Assembly (NCBI GenBank): GCA_964016885.1
Contig: OZ024744.1
Location: 115,692,001-115,756,000 of the forward strand
Direction of reading: 5' to 3'
DNA length: 64,000 bases
Source: Eledone cirrhosa
Taxonomy: Eukaryota
Shown: positions 51,301 to 64,000 of the stretch, piece by piece
Layout of the letters: each line of letters starts with the position of its first letter
Position numbering within the stretch: position 1 is the first letter of the stretch
Position numbers and translations under genes: made by a program
Notes under the pieces: generated by a model
What the model saw: only the letters and a program-made list of their open reading frames with translations
What the model was told of the DNA's origin: nothing
Databases searched by the model: none

Positions 51301-54300
51301 ATCCTTAGGATAGAAGACAATATGGACCCCTGATCACCTCCTTTAACACCCTTAAGAAAGAAGACAATATGGACCCCTGATCAATTCCTTTATCATCCTT
51401 AAGATAGAAGACAATATGGACCCCTGATCAATTCCTTTATCATCCTTAGGATAGAAGACAATATGGACCCCTGATCACCTCCTTTATCACCCTTAAGATA
51501 GAAGACAATATGGACCCCTAATCACTTCCTTTATCACCCTTAAGATAGAAGACAATATGGAGCCCTGATCACTTCCTTTATCATCCTTAAGATAGAAGAC
51601 AATATGGACGCCTGATCAATTCCTTTATCATCCTTAGGATAGAAGACAATATGGACCCCTAATCACTTCCTTTATCATCCTTAGGATAGAAGACAATATG
51701 GACCCCTGATCACCTCCTTTATCACCTTTAAGAAAGAAGACAATATGGACCCCTGATCAATTCCTTTATCATCCTTAAGATAGAAGACAATATGGACCCC
51801 TGATCAATTCCTTTATCATCCTTAGGATATAAGACAATATGGACCCCTAATCAATTCCTTTATCATCCTTAGGATAGAAGACAATATGGACCCCTGATCA
51901 ATTCCTTTATCACCCTTAGGATAGAAGACAATATGGACCCCTGATCACCTCATTTATCACCCTTAGGATAGAAGACAATATGGACCCCTGATCAATTCCT
52001 TTATCATACTTAGGATAGAAGACAATATGGACCCCTGATCAATTCCTTTATCATCCTTAGGATAGAAGACAATAAGGACCCCTGATCACCTCCTTTATCA
52101 CCCTTAGGATAGAAGACAATATGGACCTCTGATCAATTCCTTTATCATGCTTAAGATAGAAGACAATATAGACCCCTGATCAATTCCTTTATCATCCTTA
52201 GGATAGAAGACAATATGGACCCCTGATCACCTCGTTTATCATCCTTAAGATAGAAGACAATATGGACGCCTGATCAATTCCTTTATCATCCTTAGGATAG
52301 AAGACAATATAGATCCCTGATCACCTCCTTTATCACCCTTAGGATAGAAGACAATATGGACCCCTGATCACCTCATTTATCATCCTTAAGATAGAAGACA
52401 ATATGGACCCCTGATCACCTCCTTTATCACCCTTAGGATAGAAGACAATATGGACCCCTAATCAATTCTTTTATCATCCTTAAGATAGAAGACAATATGG
52501 ATCCCTGATCAATTCCTTTATCATCCTTAAGATAGAAGACAATATGGACCCCTGATCACCTCCTTTATCACCCTTAAGAAAGAAGACAATATGGACCCCT
52601 GATCAATTCCTTTATCATCCTTAAGATAGAAGACAATATGGACCCCTGATCAATTCCTTTATCATCCTTAGGATATAAGACAATATGGACCCCTAATGAA
52701 TTCCTTTATCATCCTTAGGATAGAAGACAATATGGACCCCTGATCAATTCCTTTATCACCCTTAGGATAGAAGACAATATGGACCCCTGATCACCTCATT
52801 TATCACCCTTAGGATAGAAGACAATATGGACCCCTGATCACCTCCTTTATCACCCTTAGGATAGAAGACAATATGGACCGCTGATCAATTCCTTTATCAT
52901 CCTTAAGATAGAAGACAATATGGATCCCTGATCAATTCCTTTATCATCCTTAAGATAGAAGACAATATGGACCCCTGATCACCTCCTTTATCACCCTTAA
53001 GAAAGAAGACAATATGGACCCCTGATCAATTCCTTTATCATCCTTAAGATAGAAGACAATATGGACCCCTGATCAATTCCTTTATCATCCTTAGGATATA
53101 AGACAATATGGACCCCTAATCAATTCTTTTATCATCCTTAGGATAGAAGACAATATGGACCCCTGATTAATTCCTTTATCCCCCTTAGGATAGAAGACAA
53201 TATGGACCCCTGATCACCTCATTTATCACCCTTAGGATAGAAGACAATATGGACCCCTGATCAATTCCTTTATCATACTTAGGATAGAAGACAATATGGA
53301 CCCCTGATCAATTCCTTTATCATCCTTAGGATAGAAGACAATATGGACCCCTGATCACCTCCTTTATCACCCTTAGGATAGAAGACAATATGGACCCCTG
53401 ATCAATTCCTTTATCATCCTTAAGATAGAAGACAATATGGACCACTGATCAATTCCTTTATCATCCTTAGGATAGAAGACAATATGGACCCCTGATCACC
53501 TCCTTTAACACCCTTAAGAAAGAAGACAATATGGACGCCTGATCAATTCCTTTATCATCCTTAAGATAGAAGACAATATGGACCCCTGATCAATTCCTTT
53601 ATCATCCTAAGGATAGAAGACAATATGGACCCCTGATCACCTCCTTTATCACCCTTAAGATAGAAGACAATATGGACCCCTAATCACTTCCTTTATCACC
53701 CTTAAGATAGAAGACAATATGGAGCCCTGATCACTTCCTTTATCATCCTTAAGATAGAAGACAATATGGACGCCTGATCAATTCCTTTATCATCCTTAGG
53801 ATAGAAGACAATATGGATCTCTGATCACCTCCTTTATCACCCTTAGGATAGAAGACAATATGGACCCCTGATCACCTCATTTATCATCCTTAAGATAGAA
53901 GACAATATGGACCCCTGATCACCGCCTTTATCACCCTTGGGATAGAAGACAATATGGATCCCTGATCAATTCCTTTATCATCCTTAAGATAGAAGACAAT
54001 ATGGACCCCTGATCACCACCTTTATCACCCTTAAGAAAGAAGACAATATGGACCCCTGATCAATTCCTTTATCATCCTTAAGATAGAAGACAATATGGAC
54101 CCCTGATCAATTCCTTTATCATCCTTAGGATATAAGACAATATGGACCCCTAATCAATTCCTTTATCATCCTTAGGATAGAAGACAATATGGACCCCTGA
54201 TCAATTCCTTTATCACCCTTAGGATAGAAGACAATATGGACCCCTGATCACCTCATTTATCACCCTTAGGATAGAGGACAATATGGACCCCTGATCAATT

Positions 54301-57300
54301 CCTTTATCATACTTAGGATAGAAGACAATATGGACCCCTGATCAATTCCTTTATCATCCTTAGGATAGAAGACAATATGGACCCCTAATCACTTCCTTTA
54401 TCATCCTTAGGATAGAAGACAATATGGACCCCTGTTCACCTCGTTTATCATCCTTAAGATAGAAGACAATATGGACGCCTGATCAATTCCTTTATCATCC
54501 TTAGGATAGAAGACAATATAGATCCCTGATCACCTCCTTTATCACCCTTAGGATAGAAGAAAATATGGACCGCTGATCACCTCATTTATCATCCTTAAGA
54601 TAGAAGACAATATGGACCCCTGATCACCGCCTTTATCACCCTTAGGACAGAAGACAATATGGACCCCTGATCACCTCCTTTATCACCTTTAAGAAAGAAG
54701 ACAATATGGACTCCTGATCAATTCCTTTATCATCCTTAAGATAGAAAACAATATGGACCCCTGATCAATTCCTTTATCATCCTTAGGATATAAGACAATA
54801 TGGACCCCTAATCAATTCCTTTATCATCCTTAGGATAGAAGACAATATGGACCCCTGATCAATTCCTTTATCACCCTTAGGATAGAAGACAATATGGACC
54901 CCTGATCACCTCATTTATCACCCTTAGGATAGAAGACAATATGGACCCCTGATCAATTCCTTTATCATACTTAGGATAGAAGACAATATAGACCCCTGAT
55001 CAATTCCTTTAGCATCCTTAGGATAGAAGACAATATGGACCCCTGATCACCTCCTTTATCACCCTTAGGATAGAAGACAATATGGACCTCTGATCAATAC
55101 CTTTATCATCCTTAAGATAGAAGACAATATGGACCCCTGATCAATTCCTTTATCATCCTTAGGTTAGAAGACAATATGGACCCCTGATCACCTCGTTTAT
55201 CATCCTTAAGATAGAAGACAATATGGACGCCTGATCAATTCCTTTATCATCCTTAGGATAGAAGACAATATAGATCCCTGATCACCTTCTTTATCACCCT
55301 TAGGATAGAAGACAATATGGACCCCTGATCACCTCATTTATCATCCTTAAGATAGAAGACAATATGGACCCCTGATCACCTCCTTTATCACCCTTCGGAT
55401 AGAAGACAATATGGACCCCTAATCAATTCCTTTATCATCCTTAAGATAGAAGACAATATGGATCCCTGATCAATTCCTTTATCATCCTTAAGATAGAAGA
55501 CAATATGGACCCCTGATCACCTCCTTTATCACCCTTAAGAAAGAAGACAATATGGACCCCTGATCAATTCCTTTATCATCCTTAAGATAGAAGACAATAT
55601 GGACCCCTGATCAATTCCTTTATCATCCTTAGGCTATAAGACAATATGGACCCCTAATCAATTCCTTTATCATCCTTAGGATAGAAGACAATATGGACCG
55701 CTGATCAATTCCTTTATCACCCTTAGGATAGAAGACAATATGGACCCCTGATCACCTCATTTATCACCCTTAGGATAGAAGACAATATGGACCCCTGATC
55801 ACCTCCTTTATCACCCTTAGGATAGAAGACAATATGGACCGCTGATCAATTCCTTTATCATCCTTAAGATAGAAGACAATATGGATCCCTGATCAATTCC
55901 TTTATCATCCTTAAGATAGAAGACAATATGGACCCCTGATCACCTCCTTTATCACCCTTAAGAAAGAAGACAATATGGACCCCTGATCAATTCCTTTATC
56001 ATCCTTAAGATAGAAGACAATATGGACCCCAGATCAATTCCTTTATCATCCTTAGGATATAAGACAATATGGACCCCTAATCAATTCCTTTATCATCCTT
56101 AGGATAGAAGACAATATGGACCCCTGCACAATTCCTTTATCACCCTTAGGATAGAAGACAATATGGACCCCTGATCACCTCATTTATCACCCTTAGGATA
56201 GAAGACAATATGGACCCCTGATCAATTCCTTTATCATACTTAGGATAGAAGACAATATGGACCCCTGATCAATTCCTTTATCATCCTTAGGATAGAAGAC
56301 AATATGGACCCCTGATCACCTCTTTTATCACCCTTAGGATAGAAGACAATATGAACCCCTGATCAATTCCTTTATCATCCTTAAGATAGAAGACAATATG
56401 GACCCCTGATCAATTCCTTTATCATCCTTAGGATAGAAGACAATATGGACCCCTGATCACCTCCTTTAACACACTTAAGAAAGAAGACAATATTGACCCC
56501 TGATCAATTCCTTTATCATCCTTAAGATAGAAGACAATATGGACCCCTGATCAATTCCTTTATCATCCTTAGGATAGAAGACAATATGGATCCCTGATCA
56601 ATTCCTTTATCATCCTTAAGATAGAAGACAATATGGACCCCTGATCACCTCCTTTATCACCCTTCGGATAGAAGACAATATGGACCCCTAATCAATTCCT
56701 TTATCATCCTTAGGATAGAAGACAATATGGACCCCTGATCAATTCCTTTATCCCCCTTAGGATAGAAGACAATATGAACCCCTGATCACCTCATTTATCA
56801 CCCTTAGGATAGAAGACAATATGGACCCCTGATCAATTCCTTTATCATACTTAGGATAGAAGACAATATGGACCCCTGATCAATTCCTTTATCATCCTTA
56901 GGATAGAAGACAATATGGACCCCTGATCACCTCCTTTATCACCCTTAGGATAGAAGACAATATGGACCCCTGATCAATTCCTTTATCATCCTTAAGATAG
57001 AAGACAATATGGACCACTGATCAATTCCTTTATCATCCTTAGGATAGAAGACAATATGGACCCCTGATCACCTCCTTTAACACCCTTAAGAAAGAAGACA
57101 ATATGGACCCCTGATCAATTCCTTTATCATCCTTAAGATAGAAGACAATATGGACCCCTGATCAATTCCTTTATCATCCTTAGGATAGAAGACAATATGG
57201 ACCCCTGATCACCTCCTTTATCACCCTTAAGATAGAAGACAATATGGACCCCTAATCACTTCCTTTATCACCCTTAAGATAGAAGACAATATGGAGCCCT

Positions 57301-60300
57301 GATCACTTCCTTTATCATCCTTAAGATAGAAGACAATATGGACGCCTGATCAATTCCTTTATCATCCTTAGGATAGAAGACAATATGGACCCCTAATCAC
57401 TTCCTTTATCATCCTTAGGATAGAAGACAATATGGACCCCTGATCACCTCGTTTATCATCCTTAAGATAGAAGACAATATGGACGCCTGATCAATTGCTT
57501 TATCATCCTTAGGATAGAAGACAATATGGATCCCTGATCACCTCCTTTATCACCCTTAGGATAGAAGACAATATGGACCCCTGATCACCTCGTTTATCAT
57601 CCTTAAGATAGAAGACAATATGGACGCCTGATCAATTCCTTTATCATCCTTAAGATAGAAGACAATATGGACCCCTGATCAATTCCTTTATCATACTTAG
57701 GATAGAAGACAATATGGACCCCTGATCACCTCCTTTAACACCCTTAAGAAAGAAGACAATATGGACCCCTGATCAATTCCTTTAACATCCTTAAGATAGA
57801 AGACAATATGAACCCCTGATCAATTCCTTTATCATCCTTAGGATAGAAGACAATATGGACTCCTGGTCACCTCCTTTATCACCCTTAGGATAGAAGACAA
57901 TATGGACCCCTGATCACTTCTTTTATCATCCTTAAGATAGAAGACAATATGGACCCCTGATCACCTCGTTTATCATCCTTAAGATAGAAGACAATATGGA
58001 CCCCTGATCACCTCCTTTATCACCCTTAAGATAGAAGACAATATGGACCCCTGATCACCTCCTTTATCACCCTTAGGATAGAAGACAATATGGACCCCTG
58101 ACCAATTCCTTTATCATCCTTAAGATAGAAGACAATATGGATCCCTGATCAATTCCTTTATCATCCTTAAGATAGAAGACAATATGGACCCCTGATCACC
58201 TCCTTTATCACCCTTAAGAAAGAAGACAATATGGACCCCTGATCAATTCCTTTATCATCCTTAAGATAGAAGACAATATGGACCCCTGATCAATTCCTTT
58301 ATCATCCTTAGGATATAAGACAATATGGACCCCTAATCAATTCCTTTATCATCCTTAGGTTAGAAGACAATATGGACCCCTGATCAATTCCTTTATCACC
58401 CTTAGGATAGAAGACAATATGGACCCCTGATCACCTCATTTATCACCCTTAGGATAGAAGACAATATGGACCCCTGATCAATTCCTTTATCATACTTAGG
58501 ATAGAAGATAATATGGACCCCTGATCAATTCCTTTATCATCCTTAGGATAGAAGACAATATGGACCCCTAATCACTTCCTTTATCATCCTTAGGATAGAA
58601 GACAATATGGACCCCTGATCACCTCGTTTATCATCCTTAAGATAGAAGACAATATGGACGCCTGATCAATTCCTTTATCATCCTTAGGATAGAAGACAAT
58701 ATGGATCCCTGATCACCTCCTTTATCACCCTTAGGATAGAAGACAATATGGACCCCTGATCACCTCCTTTATCACCCTTAGGATAGAAGACAATATGGAC
58801 CCCTGATCAATTCCTTTATCATCCTTAGGATAGAAGACAATATGGACCCCTGATCACCTCCTTTAACACCCTTAAGAAAGAAGACAATATGGACCCCTGA
58901 TCAATTCCTTTAACATCCTTAAGATAGAAGACAATATGAACCCCTGATCAATTCCTTTATCATCCTTAGGATAGAAGACAATATGGACTCCTGGTCACCT
59001 CCTTTATCACCCTTAGGATAGAAGACAATATGGACCCCTGATCACTTCTTTTATCATCCTTAAGATAGAAGACAATATGGACCCCTGATCACCTCGTTTA
59101 TCATCCTTAAGATAGAAGACAATATGGACCCCTGATCACCTCCTTTATCACCCTTAAGATAGAAGACAATATGGACCCCTGATCACCTCCTTTATCACCC
59201 TTAGGATAGAAGACAATATGGACCCCTGACCAATTCCTTTATCATCCTTAAGATAGAAGACAATATGGATCCCTGATCAATTCCTTTATCATCCTTAAGA
59301 TAGAAGACAATATGGACCCCTGATCACCTCCTTTATCACACTTAAGAAAGAAGACAATATGGACCCCTGATCAATTCCTTTATCATCCTTAAGATAGAAG
59401 ACAATATGGACCCCTGATCAATTCCTTTATCATCCTTAGGATATAAGACAATATGGACCCCTAATCAATTCCTTTATCATCCTTAGGATAGAAGACAATA
59501 TGGACCCCTGATCAATTCCTTTATCACCCTTAGGATAGAAGACAATATGGACCCCTGATCACCTCATTTATCACCCTTAGGATAGAAGACAATATGGACC
59601 CCTGATCAATTCCTTTATCATACTTAGGATAGAAGATAATATGGACCCCTGATCAATTCCTTTATCATCCTTAGGATAGAAGACAATATGGACCCCTAAT
59701 CACTTCCTTTATCATCCTTAGGATAGAAGACAATATGGACCCCTGATCACCTCGTTTATCATCCTTAAGATAGAAGACAATATGGACGCCTGATCAATTC
59801 CTTTATCATCCTTAGGATAGAAGACAATATGGATCCCTGATCAATTACTTTATCACCCTTAGGATAGAAGACAATATGGACCCCTGATCACCTCCTTTAT
59901 CACCCTTAGGATAGAAGACAATATGGACCCCTGATCAATTCCTTTATCATCCTTAGGATAGAAGACAATATGGACCCCTGATCACCTCCTTTAACACCCT
60001 TAAGAAAGAAGACAATATGGACCCCTGATCAATTCCTTTATCATCCTCAAGATAGAAGACAATATGGACCCCTGATCAATTCCTTTATCATCCTTAGGAT
60101 AGAAGACAATATGGACCCCTGATCACCTCCTTTAACACCCTTAAGAAAGAAGACAATATGGACCCATGATCAATTCCTTTAACATCCTTAAGATAGAAGA
60201 CAAATATGGACCCCTGATCAATTCCTTTATCATCCTTAGGATAGAAGACAATATGGACTCCTGGTCACCTCCTTTATCACCCTTAGGATAGAAGACAATA

Positions 60301-63300
60301 TGGACCCCTGATCACTTCTTTTATCATCCTTAAGATAGAAGACAATATGGACCCCTGATCACCTCGTTTATCATCCTTAAGATAGAAGACAATATGGACC
60401 CCTGATCACCTCCTTTATCACACTTATGATAGAAGACAATATGGACCCCTGATCACCTCATTTATCATCCTTAAGATAGAAGACAATATGGTCCCCTGAT
60501 CAATTCCTTTATCACCCTTAAGAAAGAAGACAATATGGACCCCTGATCAATTCCTTTATCACCCTTAAGATAGAAGACAATATGGACCCCTGATCACTTC
60601 CTTTATCACCCTTAAGATAGAAGACAATATGGACGCCTGATCAATTCCTTTATCATCCTTAGGATAGAAGACAATATGGACCCCTGATCAATTCCTTTAT
60701 CACCCTTAAGATAGAAGACAATATGGACGCCTGATCAATTCCTTTATCACCCTTAAGATAGAAGACAATATGGACCCCTGATCACCTACATTATCACCCT
60801 TAAGATAGAAGGCAATATGGACCCCTGATCAATTCCTTTATCATCCTTAGGATAGAAGACAATATGGACTCCTGGTCACCTCCTTTATCACCCTTAGGAT
60901 AGAAGACAATATGGACCCCTGATCACTTCTTTTATCATCCTTAAGATAGAAGACAATATGGACCCCTGATCACCTCGTTTATCATCCTTAAGATAGAAGA
61001 CAATATGGACCCCTGATCACCTCCTTTATCACCCTTAGGATAGAAGACAATATGGACCCCTGACCAATTCCTTTATCATCCTTAAGATAGAAGACAATAT
61101 GGATCCCTGATCAATTCCTTTATCATCCTTAAGATAGAAGACAATATGGACCCCTGATCACCTCCTTTATCACACTTAAGAAAGAAGACAATATGGACCC
61201 CTGATCAATTCCTTTATCATCCTTAAGATAGAAGACAATATGGACCCCTGATCAATTCCTTTATCATCCTTAGGATATAAGACAATATGGACCCCTAATC
61301 AATTCCTTTATCATCCTTAGGATAGAAGACAATATGGACCCCTGATCAATTCCTTTATCACCCTTAGGATAGAAGACAATATGGACCCCTGATCACCTAA
61401 TTTATCACCCTTAGGATAGAAGACAATATGGACCCCTGATCAATTCCTTTATCATACTTAGGATAGAAGATAATATGGACCCCTGATCAATTCCTTTATC
61501 ATCCTTAGGATAGAAGACAATATGGACCCCTAATCACTTCCTTTATCATCCTTAGGATAGAAGACAATATGGACCCCTGATCACCTCGTTTATCATCCTT
61601 AAGATAGAAGACAATATGGACGCCTGATCAATTCCTTTATCATCCTTAGGATAGAAGACAATATGGATCCCTGATCACCTCCTTTATCACCCTTAGGATA
61701 GAAGACAATATGGACCCCTGATCACCTCATTTATCATCCTTAAGATAGAAGACAATATGGACCCCTGATCACCGCCTTTATCACCCTTAGGATAGAAGAC
61801 AATATGGATCCCTGATCAATTCCTTTATCATCCTTAAGATAGAAGACAATATGGACCCCTGATCACCTTCTTTATCACCCTTAAGAAAGAAGACAATACG
61901 GACCCCTGATCAATTCCTTTATCATCCTTAGGATATAAGACAATATGGACCCCTAATCAATTCCTTTATCATCCTTAGGATAGAAGACAATATGGACCCC
62001 TGATCAATTCCTTTATCACCCTTAGGATAGAAGACAATATGGACCCCTGATCACCTCATTTATCACCCTTAGGATAGAAGACAATATGGACCCCTAATCA
62101 CTTCCTTTATCATCCTTAGGATAGAAGACAATATGGACCCCTGATCACCTCGTTTATCATCCTTAAGATAGAAGACAATATGGACGCCTGATCAATTCCT
62201 TTATCATCCTTAGGATAGAAGACAATATGGATCCCTGATCACCTCCTTTATCACCCTTAGGATAGAAGACAATACGGACCCCTGATCATTTCATTTATCA
62301 TCCTTAAGATAGAAGACAATATGGACCCCTGATCACCGCCTTTATCACCCTTAGGATAGAAGACAATATGGATCCCTGATCAATTCCTTTATCATCCTTA
62401 AGATAGAAGACAATATGGACCCCTGATCACCTCGTTTATCATCCTTAGGATAGAAGACAATATGGACCCCTGACCAATTCCTTTATCATCCTTAAGATAG
62501 AAGACAATATGGATCCCTGATCAATTCCTTTATCATCCTTAAGATAGAAGACAATATGGACCCCTGATCACCTCCTTTATCACCCTTAAGAAAGAAGACA
62601 ATATGGACCCCTGATCAATTCCTTTATCATCCTTAAGATAGAAGACAATATGGACCCCTGATCAATTCCTTTATCATACTTAGGATAGAAGACAATATGG
62701 ACCCCTGATCACCTCCTTTAACACCCTTAAGAAAGAAGACAATATGGACCCCTGATCAATTCCTTTAACATCCTTAAGATAGAAGACAATATGGACCCCT
62801 GATCAATTCCTTTATCATCCTTAGGATAGAAGACAATATGGACTCCTGGTCACCTCCTTTATCACCCTTAGGATAGAAGACAATATGGACCCCTGATCAC
62901 TTCTTTTATCATCCTTAAGATAGAAGACAATATGGACCCCTGATCACCTCGTTTATCATCCTTAAGATAGAAGACAATATGGACCCCTGATCACCTCCTT
63001 TATCACCCTTAAGATAGAAGACAATATGGACCCCTGATCACCTCATTTATCATCCTTAAGATAGAAGACAATATGGACCCCTGATCAATTCCTTTATCAC
63101 CCTTAAGAAAGAAGACAATATGAACCCCTGATCAATTCCTTTATCACCCTTAAGATAGAAGACAATATGGACCCCTGATCACTTCCTTTATCACCCTTAG
63201 GATAGAAGACAATATGGACCCCTGACTAATTCCTTTATCATCCTTAAGATAGAAGACAATATGGATCCCTGATCAATTCCTTTATCATCCTTAAGATAGA

Positions 63301-64000
63301 AGACAATATGGACCCCTGATCACCTCCTTTATCACCCTTAAGAAAGAAGACAATATGGACCCCTGATCAATTCCTTTATCATCCTTAAGATAGAAGACAA
63401 TATGGACCCCTGATCAATTCCTTTATCATCCTTAGGATATAAGACAATATGGACCCCTAATCAATTCCTTTATCATCCTTAGGATAGAAGACAATATGGA
63501 CCCCTGATCAATTCCTTTATCACCCTTAGGATAGAAGACAATATGGACCCCTGAACACCTCATTTATCACCCTTAGGATAGAAGACAATATGGACCCCTG
63601 ATCAATTCCTTTATCATACTTAGGATAGAAGATAATATGGACCCCTGATCAATTCCTTTATCATCCTTAGGATAGAAGACAATATGGACCCCTAATCACT
63701 TCCTTTATCATCCTTAGGATAGAAGACAATATGGACCCCTGATCACCTCGTTTATCATCCTTAAGATAGAAGACAATATGGACGCCTGATCAATTCCTTT
63801 ATCATCCTTAGGATAGAAGACAATATGGATCCCTGATCACCTCCTTTATCACCCTTAGGATAGAAGACAATATGGACCCCTGATCACCTCATTTATCATC
63901 CTTAAGATAGAAGACAATATGGACCCCTGATCACCGCCTTTATCACCCTTAGGATAGAAGACAATATGGATCCCTGATCAATTCCTTTATCATCCTTAAG
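36357..64000. repeat. 47-bp satellite, about 590 copies in the window, with higher-order duplications; continues past window end
   Basis: Unit CCTTA(A/G)GATAGAAGACAATATGGACCCCTGATCA(ATT/CCT/CTT)CCTTTATCA(T/C); period checked at 36361 and 36408. Confidence 0.98.

Noticed and set aside
36357-64000. 47-bp, 51-bp, 28-bp and 40-bp arrays as CRISPR-like arrays
   Set aside because: Units are head-to-tail with no unique spacers, there are no cas genes, and the context is eukaryotic.

Overview
Repeat-saturated eukaryotic DNA with no intact host gene that I can support. The SINE/LINE repertoire (tRNA-headed CORE-like SINEs with an RTE-derived tail ending in (GAT)n, RTE, CR1 and CRE-clade LINE relics, abundant (TA)n) suggests a coleoid cephalopod, probably Octopus; this is an inference. 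About two thirds of the window is tandem repeat: 14-bp (1-5940), 40/41-bp (6313-6760), 51-bp (9741-12978), ~44-bp (25604-26693), 28-bp (31469-36300) and a 47-bp satellite running off the end (36357-64000) with 48-, 54- and 122-mer higher-order duplications. The ~13-31 kb interval is a nest of mobile elements. Best leads: (i) a 146-bp-arm palindrome carrying a complete minimal type-I hammerhead ribozyme fold on each strand; (ii) a dispersed family of hammerhead-like folds with the non-canonical core CAGAAGA and foldback ends, likely Penelope-like element termini; (iii) an RTE LINE family with a PHD-type C4HC3 finger inside the RT C-terminal region; (iv) a 51-bp satellite that seems to have grown inside an RTE 5' UTR and was then interrupted by a 1.5-kb insert containing a Helitron. 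All family assignments come from motif recognition by eye, not database searches.
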